61,837 bases of DNA from NCBI GenBank assembly GCA_023717605.1, contig JAMQPH010000315.1:1-61837 (forward strand). Direction: 5' to 3'. This DNA comes from Pyrinomonadaceae bacterium (GTDB lineage: Bacteria; Acidobacteriota; Blastocatellia; Pyrinomonadales; Pyrinomonadaceae). Below, piece by piece: positions 1 through 8,830 of this stretch. The first letter of the stretch is position 1. Each line of letters opens with the position of its first letter. The notes under the pieces are model-generated. The model was not told the DNA's origin and did no database searches. It saw only the letters and a list, made by a program, of their open reading frames with translations. Made by a program: the position numbers and the translations under genes.

Positions 1-29
1 GCCTTTCCGCAAGGGGGGGCGGCAAAGCC
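1..29. repeat. GCCTTTCCGC-AAGGGGG-GGCGGCAAAGCC hairpin unit (family c, at window edge)
   Basis: Near-identical to 23528-23555. May be truncated by the window start. Confidence 0.8.
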
Positions 30-40
30 ACAAGAACCAT

Positions 41-96
41 CTCCGTGTCTCCGCGTCCCCGCGTCTCCGTGTCTCCGCGTCTCCCCGTCTCCGTGT
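41..96. repeat. Seven tandem CTCCGYGT-type octamers
   Basis: CTCCGTGT CTCCGCGT CCCCGCGT CTCCGTGT CTCCGCGT CTCCCCGT CTCCGTGT lies directly downstream of the SIMPL gene stop. Confidence 0.9.
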
Positions 97-109
97 CCCC
101 CCCTCGCCG

Positions 110-1111
110 TCACCCGCCTTCGACCTCGGCAATCAACTGGACTCGCGACGTGATCTCCATCGAACCCACTTCAATCGGCGTTTGAGCCGCGGCCATCGTC
201 CTGACGTCCATTTTTTCATACTGAGGAATGGGCGGTCTCATCGTTCCCTCTTCCTGCACTTCAACGATTCGCACCAGGCGCCCGCCGAGTGCTTGCGCTA
301 TCACGCGCGCTTTGCCCATTGCTTCTTGAGTCGCCTGGCCCAAGGCCTCGTCGCGCGCCGGCCGATCTCGTCGCAGCGTAAATGAAATACCGGCGATGTC
401 GTTTGCACCTGCCTGGGCCGTGGCATCAATTACTGAGCCTACTTTAGTCAGGTCACTCAAGGTCACCGTTACGCTGTTTCGTGCCTCATAGCCGGTGATC
501 GTGGGCGGTTGGTTCTCGCGATAGACCCTCTGCGGTTGCAGACTGTAGCCGCTGGTTTTAACCTCTGCGCCGGCACCTGCCGCAGCTTTGAGTGCTCGCA
601 CTACCGCATCGCTCTTGGCAGCGTTTTCCTGCTGCGCATCAATCGCCCGTTTGCCCTGCGTCACCACTGAGACGGTGATGATTGCGGTATCAGGCTGCAC
701 CCGAACAATCGAGTCCCCTGACACAGTAACCCGCGTGAGCCGCCTGGTATCGCCACCGCTTACGGCTTGATTTCCGCCGGCGGGGCCCTGCGCTAAAGGG
801 CGCATCGACCGCACCTCGAACGGTGTGCCTTCCATGTAAGTGGTCATGACATCCGATTTTGTTTCGCCACTCGCCTCAACCTCAGCGGCCTCTTTAAACC
901 AACTCTCCTTCAGATATCGCTGGGCGTTTAGAAGCAAGTATTTCTGCCCGTCTACGACGATCAGCCAGCCACCCGGTTCGACAGTTTTTTGCAGCCGACC
1001 GCGAATCGTGACCTCGGTCGTGGCCGCCTCTGCCAGGCCTTGTTGAGTCGTAAACAACATGACCAGAGCGAGTGCTCCAAAAATAGTAAATAGTCTTCCC
1101 ATCATCATCAT
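110..1111 (-). CDS. Secreted SIMPL/DUF541 (YggE-like) domain protein
   Basis: 333-aa ORF with a hydrophobic signal-like N-terminus (LFTIFGALALVMLF..AEA). The C-terminal two thirds match remembered SIMPL blocks (VTVSGDS..VQPDTAIITVSV, TGYEARNSVTVTL, ISFTL). GGAGGGGG precedes a cluster of four Met codons, so the exact start is unresolved. Confidence 0.75.
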   Translation of the reverse strand: MMMMGRLFTIFGALALVMLFTTQQGLAEAATTEVTIRGRLQKTVEPGGWLIVVDGQKYLLLNAQRYLKESWFKEAAEVEASGETKSDVMTTYMEGTPFEVRSMRPLAQGPAGGNQAVSGGDTRRLTRVTVSGDSIVRVQPDTAIITVSVVTQGKRAIDAQQENAAKSDAVVRALKAAAGAGAEVKTSGYSLQPQRVYRENQPPTITGYEARNSVTVTLSDLTKVGSVIDATAQAGANDIAGISFTLRRDRPARDEALGQATQEAMGKARVIAQALGGRLVRIVEVQEEGTMRPPIPQYEKMDVRTMAAAQTPIEVGSMEITSRVQLIAEVEGG

Positions 1112-1232
1112 CCCCCTCCAAGTTCATTCTCATTCTGCGCCGGGAGAGAGAAAAGTACTAGCGCAGGATATATGAACGTTGGCGCCGCCATTTCTTGCTT
1201 CGCGGCGTCCTCAAAGCAGGGTCATTCAACCG

Positions 1233-1396
1233 CAGAACCATTTGCCGTAGCCAATGGATCTCAGCACTCAGCCCAACAGGAGTCCTTCAACCGCAGAACC
1301 TTTGCCGTAGCCAAGGGATCTCAGCACTCAGCCCGGCAGAGTCCTTCAACTGGGGTGCTTGAACTAAGGGTCCATTGGCTACGGCAAATGGTTCTG
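1233..1396. repeat. Family-a palindromic element with duplicated left arm
   Basis: CAGAACCATTTGCCGTAGCCAATGGA (1233-1258) has a degenerate direct copy at 1294-1318 and an exact reverse complement at 1371-1396. Each direct copy carries the ATCTCAGCACTCAGCCC tail. Confidence 0.9.
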
Positions 1397-1473
1397 TGGG
1401 TGAGTTGGTGAGACCGTTGCGTGAGTGAGGAAGTAGCCAATACGCACCGCCACCACGAGCAGTGCTCAAAAAA

Positions 1474-1508
1474 CACAAATCTAGAATCTAAGATCAGAAG
1501 ATCAAAAG
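1474..1508. repeat. AATCTA/AAATC-theme arm downstream of the ferredoxin gene
   Basis: CACAAATCTAGAATCTAAGATCAGAAG.. is roughly the reverse complement of 1749-1779. Confidence 0.8.
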
Positions 1509-1511
1509 TCC

Positions 1512-1748
1512 CTAAGGCTCGCCGTCATTTCCGATCGCTTCCACGGGACAACAGGAAATCGCTTCGTCACAAGCTGCTCGCTCTTCTCCATTTTCCGGTT
1601 GCTTGTAGACAAAGGAATAACTGTTCTCGTCAGAACGCATAAAATTGTCAGGGGCAGTGTCGCGGCACACATCGCAATCTATGCATGAGGAGTCGACATA
1701 GTACGCGCCAGCTATGTTCTCCTTGACCTTATCTTTTCGCTCGGACAT
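1512..1748 (-). CDS. Small single-cluster ferredoxin
   Basis: 78-aa ORF with a CIDCDVC ... CCP cysteine pattern typical of Fe-S ferredoxins. It is compact and sits on the same strand as its neighbours. Confidence 0.85.
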   Translation of the reverse strand: MSERKDKVKENIAGAYYVDSSCIDCDVCRDTAPDNFMRSDENSYSFVYKQPENGEERAACDEAISCCPVEAIGNDGEP

Positions 1749-1866
1749 CTTCTGATTTTTTATGATTTTAGATTTGTGAGTTGCGATTTGGTACTTCCTT
1801 CGACCGTTGGCTGAGAAGATTACCGGTTCATCAATCTAAAATCACAAATTGAAAATCTAAAATCCC
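1749..1866. repeat. AATCTA/AAATC-theme palindrome between the ferredoxin start and the fumC stop
   Basis: CTTCTGATTTTTTATGATTTTAGATTTGTG (1749-1779) is complementary both to 1474-1500 and, imperfectly, to TCAATCTAAAATCACAAATTGAAAATCTAAAATC (1833-1866). Confidence 0.8.
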
Positions 1867-3276
1867 TTAGGGGTGGGTCATCTCCTCGGGCTTCACATAC
1901 TTATCAAACTCTTCGCCTGTCAAAAACCCCAACTCGATAGCAGCCTCACGCAAGCTAGTACCTTTTTTGTGTGCGTGCTTGGCGATTTTCGCGGCTTTGT
2001 CATAGCCAATATGAGGATTTAACGCCGTCACCAGCATCAGCGAACCCTTAACGTAGTCGTCAATCTGTTCGCGGTTGAGCTCGATTCCGGCAATGCAATA
2101 CTCAACAAAACCGTGGCAGGCATCGTGAATCAGCCGAATCGAATGCAGCAGATTGTGAATCATCACCGGCTTGAACACGTTCAACTCAAAATTACCCTGC
2201 GAGCCGGCAAAGGTTATTGCCGCATCGTTGCCAAAGACCTGCACCGAGACCATTGTCATAGCTTCGCTTTGCGTCGGATTAACTTTGCCCGGCATGATCG
2301 ATGACCCCGGCTCGTTTTCCGGCAGCGTCAGTTCACCCAGACCACAACGCGGACCAGATGCCAGCCAGCGAATGTCGTTCGCAATCTTCATTAACGACCC
2401 GGCAAGTGTCTTCAAAGCGCCGCTGGCGAAAACGATTTCGTCGTGGGCCGAAAGCGCGGCGAATTTGTTTGGGTGCGATTTGAACGGCAGACCAGTCAAC
2501 TCGGCAACCTTTTGCGCCGCCCGCTCGCCGAATTCGGGATGCGAATTGATGCCGGTGCCCACAGCGGTGCCGCCAATTGCGAGGTCAAGGACACCCGGCA
2601 ACGTTAACCGCAAACGTTCGATATCACGCGCGAGCAGGTTGGCCCAGCCAGACATCTCCTGGCCTACGGTTAGAGGTGTCGCGTCCTGTAGGTGAGTGCG
2701 GCCAATCTTTACGACGTCTTTGAACTCCTCAGCCTTCGCGACGATCGCATCGTGTACTTTCTGTACTTCGGGAATGAGCTTGTTTAGCTGTTCGGCGGCT
2801 GCGATATACATTGCCGTCGGGAAAGTGTCATTGGACGACTGCGACATGTTCACGTCGTCGTTGGGATGGATTGGTTTCTTGCTACCCAGTACGCCGCCTG
2901 CCAACTCAATCGCACGATTGGAGATCACTTCGTTGGCGTTCATGTTTGTCTGAGTTCCGCTGCCGGTTTGCCAGACGCGCAAGGGAAAATGCTCGTCCAA
3001 CTTTCCCTCGATTACTTCGTCTGCGGCCTGAACGATTAGCTTGGATTTCTCCGGGGCTAGCTTACCCAGATCTTCATTTACCAGGGCGGCAGCTTTTTTG
3101 AGGACGCCCAATGCCCGAATCATCTCGCGAGGCATGCGGTCCTCGCCGATATTGAAGTGGAGCAAGCTCCGCTGGGTCTGCGCACCCCAATACTTGTCGG
3201 CCGCCACTTCAATCTCACCCATGGAATCGCTTTCCACCCGGGTGTTGACCTTTTTTTCAGTCGCTTCTTGAGACAT
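1867..3276 (-). CDS. fumC: Class II fumarate hydratase
   Basis: Full-length similarity to FumC, including the [15 protein letters not shown] signature. The ORF extends to 3327, but GGAGG at 3286-3290 favours ATG at 3276 (or 3282). Confidence 0.95.
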   Translation of the reverse strand: MSQEATEKKVNTRVESDSMGEIEVAADKYWGAQTQRSLLHFNIGEDRMPREMIRALGVLKKAAALVNEDLGKLAPEKSKLIVQAADEVIEGKLDEHFPLRVWQTGSGTQTNMNANEVISNRAIELAGGVLGSKKPIHPNDDVNMSQSSNDTFPTAMYIAAAEQLNKLIPEVQKVHDAIVAKAEEFKDVVKIGRTHLQDATPLTVGQEMSGWANLLARDIERLRLTLPGVLDLAIGGTAVGTGINSHPEFGERAAQKVAELTGLPFKSHPNKFAALSAHDEIVFASGALKTLAGSLMKIANDIRWLASGPRCGLGELTLPENEPGSSIMPGKVNPTQSEAMTMVSVQVFGNDAAITFAGSQGNFELNVFKPVMIHNLLHSIRLIHDACHGFVEYCIAGIELNREQIDDYVKGSLMLVTALNPHIGYDKAAKIAKHAHKKGTSLREAAIELGFLTGEEFDKYVKPEEMTHP

Positions 3277-3705
3277 TGCCATCCGCCTCCAACCGTTGAA
3301 CCACCACAATGATAACACCAAGCCCATGAAACCGCGGGATTTGGGCCGCCAGGCGATCTGAGGTTAGTTTTCCCGAGTGGTCGCCAATTGATTTAGAGCC
3401 CGCCTGGCGCGGCCAGACCATAAAGTCTGAGGGCTGAGCCCCAGGCAATCCCTTTTAGACTCGTAGTCGGATTGTCGGCGGTCTTGTCTCGGCTCAGGCG
3501 CTTGTTATAGAGTGCAGTCATAAGCTCCAGTCATTTCTGATACGGCATTTTCTTCCCCCCTTCGTTGGACGTGGTATGTCGTCCACTAAAACAGACGATT
3601 CATCTTTCTTGCGTTCACCTGCCCGCTGTGCCCATCACAACGGGAACATACGCTGCGGATTACCAAGAGGGGTCTAAAAATACGGAGTTGAGCCAGGAGT
3701 TTTCT

Positions 3706-6477
3706 ATGAATGAGCAGGGGACGAGAAACAAGGAGCCATATATGCGATTGGCGGAAATCAATCGCGCCATCACTACCTCACTCAAATTCGATAAAGTCCT
3801 GGATCTCATCGTCGAGAACGCAGCCCAGTTGGTGGGAGCAGACACCATCTTGCTCTTCCTTGTCGATAAGGACGGATTCCTTCGGGTTCGTGCGGCAAAG
3901 GGTGTTAACCGTGCGCTTATCGACTCTTTCTCCGGGAGTGTGGAAGGGGACGTCATTCGTCAACTTCAGAAGGCACTAGAAGTCCCCGATGAGCAAACCC
4001 TCGTTTCGGTTCCGGTGATCGCCAAAAACTCTTTGACCGGTTTACTCATCATTTCCCGCAACTTACCGCTCAACGGGGAAGAAGAGTGGCAGTTGGCGGC
4101 GCTCGCCGATCAGGCAGCAATCGCCCTCAGCAACGCGCGTCTCCATCAGATGGAGTTGCTGGAAGCCACGCGCGAGCGTGACGAAACGCTGGAAGCCTTG
4201 CGCGAATCTAATCAAAGGGTAAACAACATTCTCGAGAGCATCACCGACCTGTTTTACCTGGTGGATCGTGAGTGGCGCTTCGTGGAAATCAACAGACAGA
4301 CCCAGGCCCGCTTCGGCAAGAGCCGAGACGAATTGATCGGAAGAGTAATTTGGGAGGTTTATCCGAGTGCTATCGATTCGTCCCTCTTTCCCAATCTTCA
4401 CAAAGCCATGGAAGAGAACGTCGCGGTACATTTTGAGCTTGCTTCCAAGCTCGTACCCGGCGCTTGGTTTGAGGTCCACGCTTATCCCGCTACCGAAGGC
4501 TTGAGCGTTTACCTGCGCGATATCACTGATCGCAAGCGCGCCGACGTTACCAACCACTTGCTTGCCTCGATAGTTGAGTCGTCTGAGGACGCGATTGTCA
4601 GCAAGGACCTTAACGGAATTATCAACAGTTGGAACAAATCAGCGGAGCGCATCTTTGGCTACACAGCCAGGGAAGCAATCGGCCACCCGATCACAATGCT
4701 GATTCCTCCGGACCGTTTCGACGAGGAGCCTGCGATTCTCGAGCGGGTCATGAAAGGTCAATCGGTCGATCACTATGAAACAGTAAGGCAGTGTAAGGAT
4801 GGCAGCCTGATTGATATCTCGCTCACCATCTCTCCCATCAGAAACGAGGAAGGCGTCGTCATCGGGGCATCAAAAATCGCCCGGGATATAGGCGAACGCA
4901 AACGAACTGAAGAAGAGGTTCGTTTCCAGGCGCACTTGTTGAGTGCCGTTGAGCAGGCGGTGATTGCCACCGACCTCAAGGGGACAGTTCTTTACTGGAA
5001 CGTTTTCGCTGAGTGGCTCTACGGTTGGACCAGCGTTGAGGCAATTGGCATGAATATTATCGATCTCACAGCCGCGCCGGCCACGCGAGAGATGGCTGCG
5101 GAGATAATGGCACGACTTCGGGAAGGTGACAGTTGGACCGGAGAATTCCTGGTCAGGAAGAAAGATGGATCCGTGTTCCCCGCTCAGGTGACTGACTCGC
5201 CGATTTTTGGCGAAAATGGTGAACTGATTGGGTTTGTCGGAGTTTCAATTGATATCACCGAGCGCAAGAGTGTCGAAGAGGAACGCATCCGCCTGCTGGA
5301 GAGCGAACGCCAGGCGCGCAGCGAGGCTGAGGAAGCGAATCGAATCAAGGATGAGTTTTTGGCTACCTTGTCACATGAGTTGCGCAATCCGCTGAATGTG
5401 ATCCTTGGTTACGCCGAGGTGTTGGTACGCAGCGAGGAAGCTAAACGGTCGGCCTTCGTGAAACGGGCCGCAGAGATTCTGAAACGAAACGCTCTGGCCC
5501 AGTCGCAGCTGGTACGCGACCTGCTGGATCTCTCCCGGCTACACATGGGCAAGCTATCCTTGAACCGGGAAGCCGTTTCGCTAATGACGACGATTGGCAA
5601 TGCCGTGGAGACCGTGCAGGCCGAGGCGGCTGCCAAGGAAGTCGAACTCAAAGTTATAGCCCCTGAAGAGGTGCTATTTGTCGATGCTGACCCACTGCGC
5701 ATCGAGCAAGTTGTTTGGAATCTATTGAACAACGCCGTGAAGTTCACCTCGGCCGGAGGCACGGTGACTGTGCGGATAAGCAGCGAGGCAAACCAGGGCG
5801 TCGTCAGTGTCGAGGATACCGGAGAGGGCATCGACAGGACTTTTATCCCTCATGTTTTTGAAATGTTCCGCCAGGCGGACGCCACCAACAGCAGGCGGCA
5901 TGGCGGACTGGGCATCGGGCTTGCACTGGTGCAGCAGTTGATCCAACTCCACGATGGCACCGTAGCAGTGTCGTCGGAGGGCCTAGGCCAAGGTGCTCAG
6001 TTTACGATCAAACTGCCGCTCAGCCGCGAGTCAAAGCAAGTTCTATCGAACGTACCGCAAACAGAGGACGGAGCCCTGAGCCAGATGCGCATCCTTGTAG
6101 TTGACGACTCTTTGGACAGTGTCGATATGCTGCGCCGTTTGTTTGAAATGGACGGAGCCATTGTCAGCACAGCCCGAAGCGGACCTGAGGCCCTACAGAT
6201 TGTCACCAACGAACACTTTGACGTCATTCTTTCTGACATCTCAATGCCGGGCATGGATGGCTTTGAGCTGTTACGTCTACTGCGTGAATTGCCCGGAGTG
6301 AGAGACACTCCGGTACTTGCGCTCACAGGATTTGGACGGGCGGAAGATGTCGCCCGAGCAAAGGCCGAGGGGTTCTTCTCTCACGTGACAAAGCCAATCG
6401 ATCTGGGCCAACTCGTCGAGACTCTGCAGGAGCTAAGGGTGAAGACGAGGTTGAAGGCAAGCGCCGGCGCGGAGTAG
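3706..6477 (+). CDS. Hybrid sensor histidine kinase (GAF, three PAS, HisKA, HATPase, receiver)
   Basis: H-box SHELRNPLN, N-box NLLNNAVKF, G-boxes DTGEGI and GGLGIGL. The C-terminal receiver shows VVDD..SDISMPGMDG..TKP, and PAS-like repeats carry DITERK/DIGERK junctions. ATG 3706 is preceded by AGGAG (3695-3699); the upstream TTG extension to 3565 is unlikely. Confidence 0.9.
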   Translation: MNEQGTRNKEPYMRLAEINRAITTSLKFDKVLDLIVENAAQLVGADTILLFLVDKDGFLRVRAAKGVNRALIDSFSGSVEGDVIRQLQKALEVPDEQTLVSVPVIAKNSLTGLLIISRNLPLNGEEEWQLAALADQAAIALSNARLHQMELLEATRERDETLEALRESNQRVNNILESITDLFYLVDREWRFVEINRQTQARFGKSRDELIGRVIWEVYPSAIDSSLFPNLHKAMEENVAVHFELASKLVPGAWFEVHAYPATEGLSVYLRDITDRKRADVTNHLLASIVESSEDAIVSKDLNGIINSWNKSAERIFGYTAREAIGHPITMLIPPDRFDEEPAILERVMKGQSVDHYETVRQCKDGSLIDISLTISPIRNEEGVVIGASKIARDIGERKRTEEEVRFQAHLLSAVEQAVIATDLKGTVLYWNVFAEWLYGWTSVEAIGMNIIDLTAAPATREMAAEIMARLREGDSWTGEFLVRKKDGSVFPAQVTDSPIFGENGELIGFVGVSIDITERKSVEEERIRLLESERQARSEAEEANRIKDEFLATLSHELRNPLNVILGYAEVLVRSEEAKRSAFVKRAAEILKRNALAQSQLVRDLLDLSRLHMGKLSLNREAVSLMTTIGNAVETVQAEAAAKEVELKVIAPEEVLFVDADPLRIEQVVWNLLNNAVKFTSAGGTVTVRISSEANQGVVSVEDTGEGIDRTFIPHVFEMFRQADATNSRRHGGLGIGLALVQQLIQLHDGTVAVSSEGLGQGAQFTIKLPLSRESKQVLSNVPQTEDGALSQMRILVVDDSLDSVDMLRRLFEMDGAIVSTARSGPEALQIVTNEHFDVILSDISMPGMDGFELLRLLRELPGVRDTPVLALTGFGRAEDVARAKAEGFFSHVTKPIDLGQLVETLQELRVKTRLKASAGAE

Positions 6478-6510
6478 AGGTGAAACTAAAGGACGGCTCA
6501 AGACCGGGTT

Positions 6511-6691
6511 CATTTTCCATTTCTCATTTCTCATATTTCTCATTTGCCATTCGAGATAGACGTACTCTCACATCACTCGTTGGACACCATTGTCGTTACA
6601 AATCGAGACTAAGATACGCTTCTCACCCACTTAGAAATGGAAAATGAGAAATGAGAAATGGAAAATTATGGATAATGGAAAATGGAAAATG
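6511..6691. repeat. Heptamer-built palindrome (CATTTCT / AGAAATG units) between convergent genes
   Basis: CATTTTCCATTTCTCATTTCTCAT (6511-6534) has a 23-nt exact complement within AAATGAGAAATGAGAAATGGAAAAT (about 6642-6666). The right arm continues as GGAAAATGGAAAATG. Confidence 0.9.
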
Positions 6692-6729
6692 AACTCTTCC
6701 TTACCAGCACCGGCGTCGTCTGAAGTCTT

Positions 6730-7101
6730 TCATTCCAAGGCGATCGGTGCGCCGGATTCCTTCCACGCTTTCCAGCCTCCGGCCATTGAAAAAACATTGG
6801 TGTAGCCCATCTTTTGCAACACGTCGGCAACCAGCGCGGAACGATAGCCACCGCCACAGTAAAGAACCAATTCTGTAGACTTATCAGGGACACTCTGCTC
6901 AATGTCTCGTTCAATGATGCCCTTGCTGAGATGGTTGGCACCCGCGGCATGGCCCGCTTCCCATTCGTTGTCCTCGCGTACGTCAATGAGCTTCACATTC
7001 GGGTCAGCGTCAATCCGTTCTCTCGCTTGTTCTACTGTAACTTCACGGATACGGCTCTTCGCATCGTTGACTAGTCTTAGGAAGCCTTCGGAATGTTTCA
7101 T
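6730..7101 (-). CDS. Rhodanese-domain sulfurtransferase
   Basis: Active-site loop YCGGGYRS (Cys-X4-Arg) and the ending GGWKAWKESG. ATG 7101 has a GAGGA 9 nt upstream; the ORF-track start at 7152 is probably too long. Confidence 0.85.
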   Translation of the reverse strand: MKHSEGFLRLVNDAKSRIREVTVEQARERIDADPNVKLIDVREDNEWEAGHAAGANHLSKGIIERDIEQSVPDKSTELVLYCGGGYRSALVADVLQKMGYTNVFSMAGGWKAWKESGAPIALE

Positions 7102-7269
7102 GTGATGAGTCCTCGGATTGGCGAATTGTGGCCCTGGAACCCCGGCAACCAACGCATTGGTTCATTTTGAGTCCGGAGGTTCAGAGTTCGACCTTTAGGT
7201 TGTTTCCTTGCGGGGCGGACAAGCTAAAAAAGCTTGAACTCTAAACTGCCAGCGCCAGCCGAGCGCCAA

Positions 7270-7299
7270 TTGGCCGTACGCCCGGCAAATGATTATAAT
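7270..7299 (+). promoter_or_regulatory. Candidate sigma-70-type promoter for the lpdA operon
   Basis: TTGGCC (7270-7275), an 18-nt spacer, then a perfect TATAAT (7294-7299), about 110 nt upstream of the lpdA start. Pattern match only. Confidence 0.35.
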
Positions 7300-7408
7300 G
7301 GCCGTCTTTCAGCAAAGCACTACAGAATGCTGTGATCAAGAGATGAGTGATACCGGTCTGGTTTTTACTGCGTCATTATAATTTACTGTCTTTGAGAGGA
7401 TTCCACCA

Positions 7409-8815
7409 TTGGCTAACGAACAGTTTGACGTAACCATCATCGGCAGCGGCCCAGGGGGCTATGTGGCGGCAATTCGCGCCGCGCAGTTGGGTTTGAAGGT
7501 GGCCATCGTTGAGAAGGATAAACGCCTGGGAGGCACCTGCACCCTGCGTGGATGCATCCCCACCAAGCAGCTCTTAATGTCGGCCCACGTTTACGAACAG
7601 ATGCAACACGCCGCTGACTTTGGCGTTGAGGCGACTGGCATCCAGCTCGCCTTCGCAAATGTACAAAAGCGAAAAGACAAGGTCGTGATGAAGAATTCAA
7701 AGGGCATCGAGTACCTGATGAAGAAGAATAAGATCACGGCTTTCAATGGCACGGGTAAACTCTCGTTGCCAGGCAAAATCGAAGTTACCCTGAGCGACGG
7801 CAAGACAGAGACAATTAACACCAGGAACATCATCATCGCCACCGGTTCTGTGGTGCGCCCGATCCCGGGATTCGACACTGACGGAGAGCGAGTTGTTAAC
7901 AGTGATCACATCCTGGAACTAAAAGAGGTCCCCAAGTCGCTGATCGTGATGGGCGCAGGCGCTGTGGGCGTAGAGTTTGCTTCCGTTTACTCGCGTTTCG
8001 GCGCAGACACGACCATCGTAGAGTTGCTGCCCCGGCTAGTTCCGCTCGAGGATGAAGAGGTCTCAAAGGAGTTGGAGAAATCATTCCGCAAACGAGGCCT
8101 CAAATCTCAAGTCGACACCAAGCTGGAGAAACTAGAGCGGAGCGACAAGGGCGTGGTGGTGACTGGTAAGACGTCGAAGGGTGAAGCCGTCAAGCTTGAG
8201 GCGGAAATGCTGCTGGTTGCTGTGGGCCGGATGCCTTACACGGAGGGTCTGGGGCTCGAAGGGACTGAGATCAAGGTCGAGAAAGGCTTCATCCAGGTCG
8301 ACGAGTTTCAACAAACCGGTGAAAAGGGTGTCTATGCAATTGGAGACGTTGTGCCAACACCGCTGCTGGCGCACCTTGCTTCCAAGGAAGGTATGGTTGC
8401 TGCCGAGCACATCGCTGGCGATAAGGATGTAAGGCCGATCAATTTGAGACTTGTGCCCAACTGCACGTATTGCGATCCCGAAGTTGCTTCCGTTGGTCTC
8501 ACTGAGGCGAAAGCGAGAGAGATGGGTTATGAAGTTAAGCTGGGCAAGTTTCCTTTCTCCGCTTCGGGCAAGGCGCGCATCATCGGCGAGGAAGAAGGAT
8601 TCGTTAAGATCGTCAGCGAAGCAAAGTATGACGAAATTTTAGGTGTGCACATCATTGGCCCACACGCGACTGAGTTGATCGCCGAAGCCTGCGTAGCGAT
8701 GCAGCTTGAATCGACCGCCGAAGAACTCGGTCGCACAATGCACGCGCATCCCACAGTCTCGGAGGCCATTATGGAAGCGGCAGAAGGCGTGCACGGGTTA
8801 ACGGTGCATATTTAG
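7409..8815 (+). CDS. lpdA: Dihydrolipoyl dehydrogenase (E3)
   Basis: FAD-binding motif DVTIIGSGPGGY, redox-active disulfide GGTCTLRGCIPTK, and a C-terminal HAHPTVSE interface motif. TTG start with GAGAGGA upstream. Confidence 0.93.
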   Translation: MANEQFDVTIIGSGPGGYVAAIRAAQLGLKVAIVEKDKRLGGTCTLRGCIPTKQLLMSAHVYEQMQHAADFGVEATGIQLAFANVQKRKDKVVMKNSKGIEYLMKKNKITAFNGTGKLSLPGKIEVTLSDGKTETINTRNIIIATGSVVRPIPGFDTDGERVVNSDHILELKEVPKSLIVMGAGAVGVEFASVYSRFGADTTIVELLPRLVPLEDEEVSKELEKSFRKRGLKSQVDTKLEKLERSDKGVVVTGKTSKGEAVKLEAEMLLVAVGRMPYTEGLGLEGTEIKVEKGFIQVDEFQQTGEKGVYAIGDVVPTPLLAHLASKEGMVAAEHIAGDKDVRPINLRLVPNCTYCDPEVASVGLTEAKAREMGYEVKLGKFPFSASGKARIIGEEEGFVKIVSEAKYDEILGVHIIGPHATELIAEACVAMQLESTAEELGRTMHAHPTVSEAIMEAAEGVHGLTVHI

Positions 8816-8830
8816 CAATACTCTTTACTA

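Noticed and set aside
1172-1478. ORFs 1172-1411 (+) and 1287-1478 (-) in the SIMPL-ferredoxin spacer.
   Set aside because: Both are translations of the duplicated family-a repeat arms, which explains the internally repeated peptide FAVA.GSQHSA. The same applies to 21557-21745, which starts inside the 32-bp inverted repeat.
3565-3705. A TTG-initiated 47-aa extension of the hybrid kinase. Similar ORF-track extensions occur at 7102-7152, 25970-26080, 27121-27210, 35135-35173, 39529-39705 and 39847-39894.
   Set aside because: In each case an internal ATG with a Shine-Dalgarno-like sequence at proper spacing precedes the conserved domain, and the extension has no family support.
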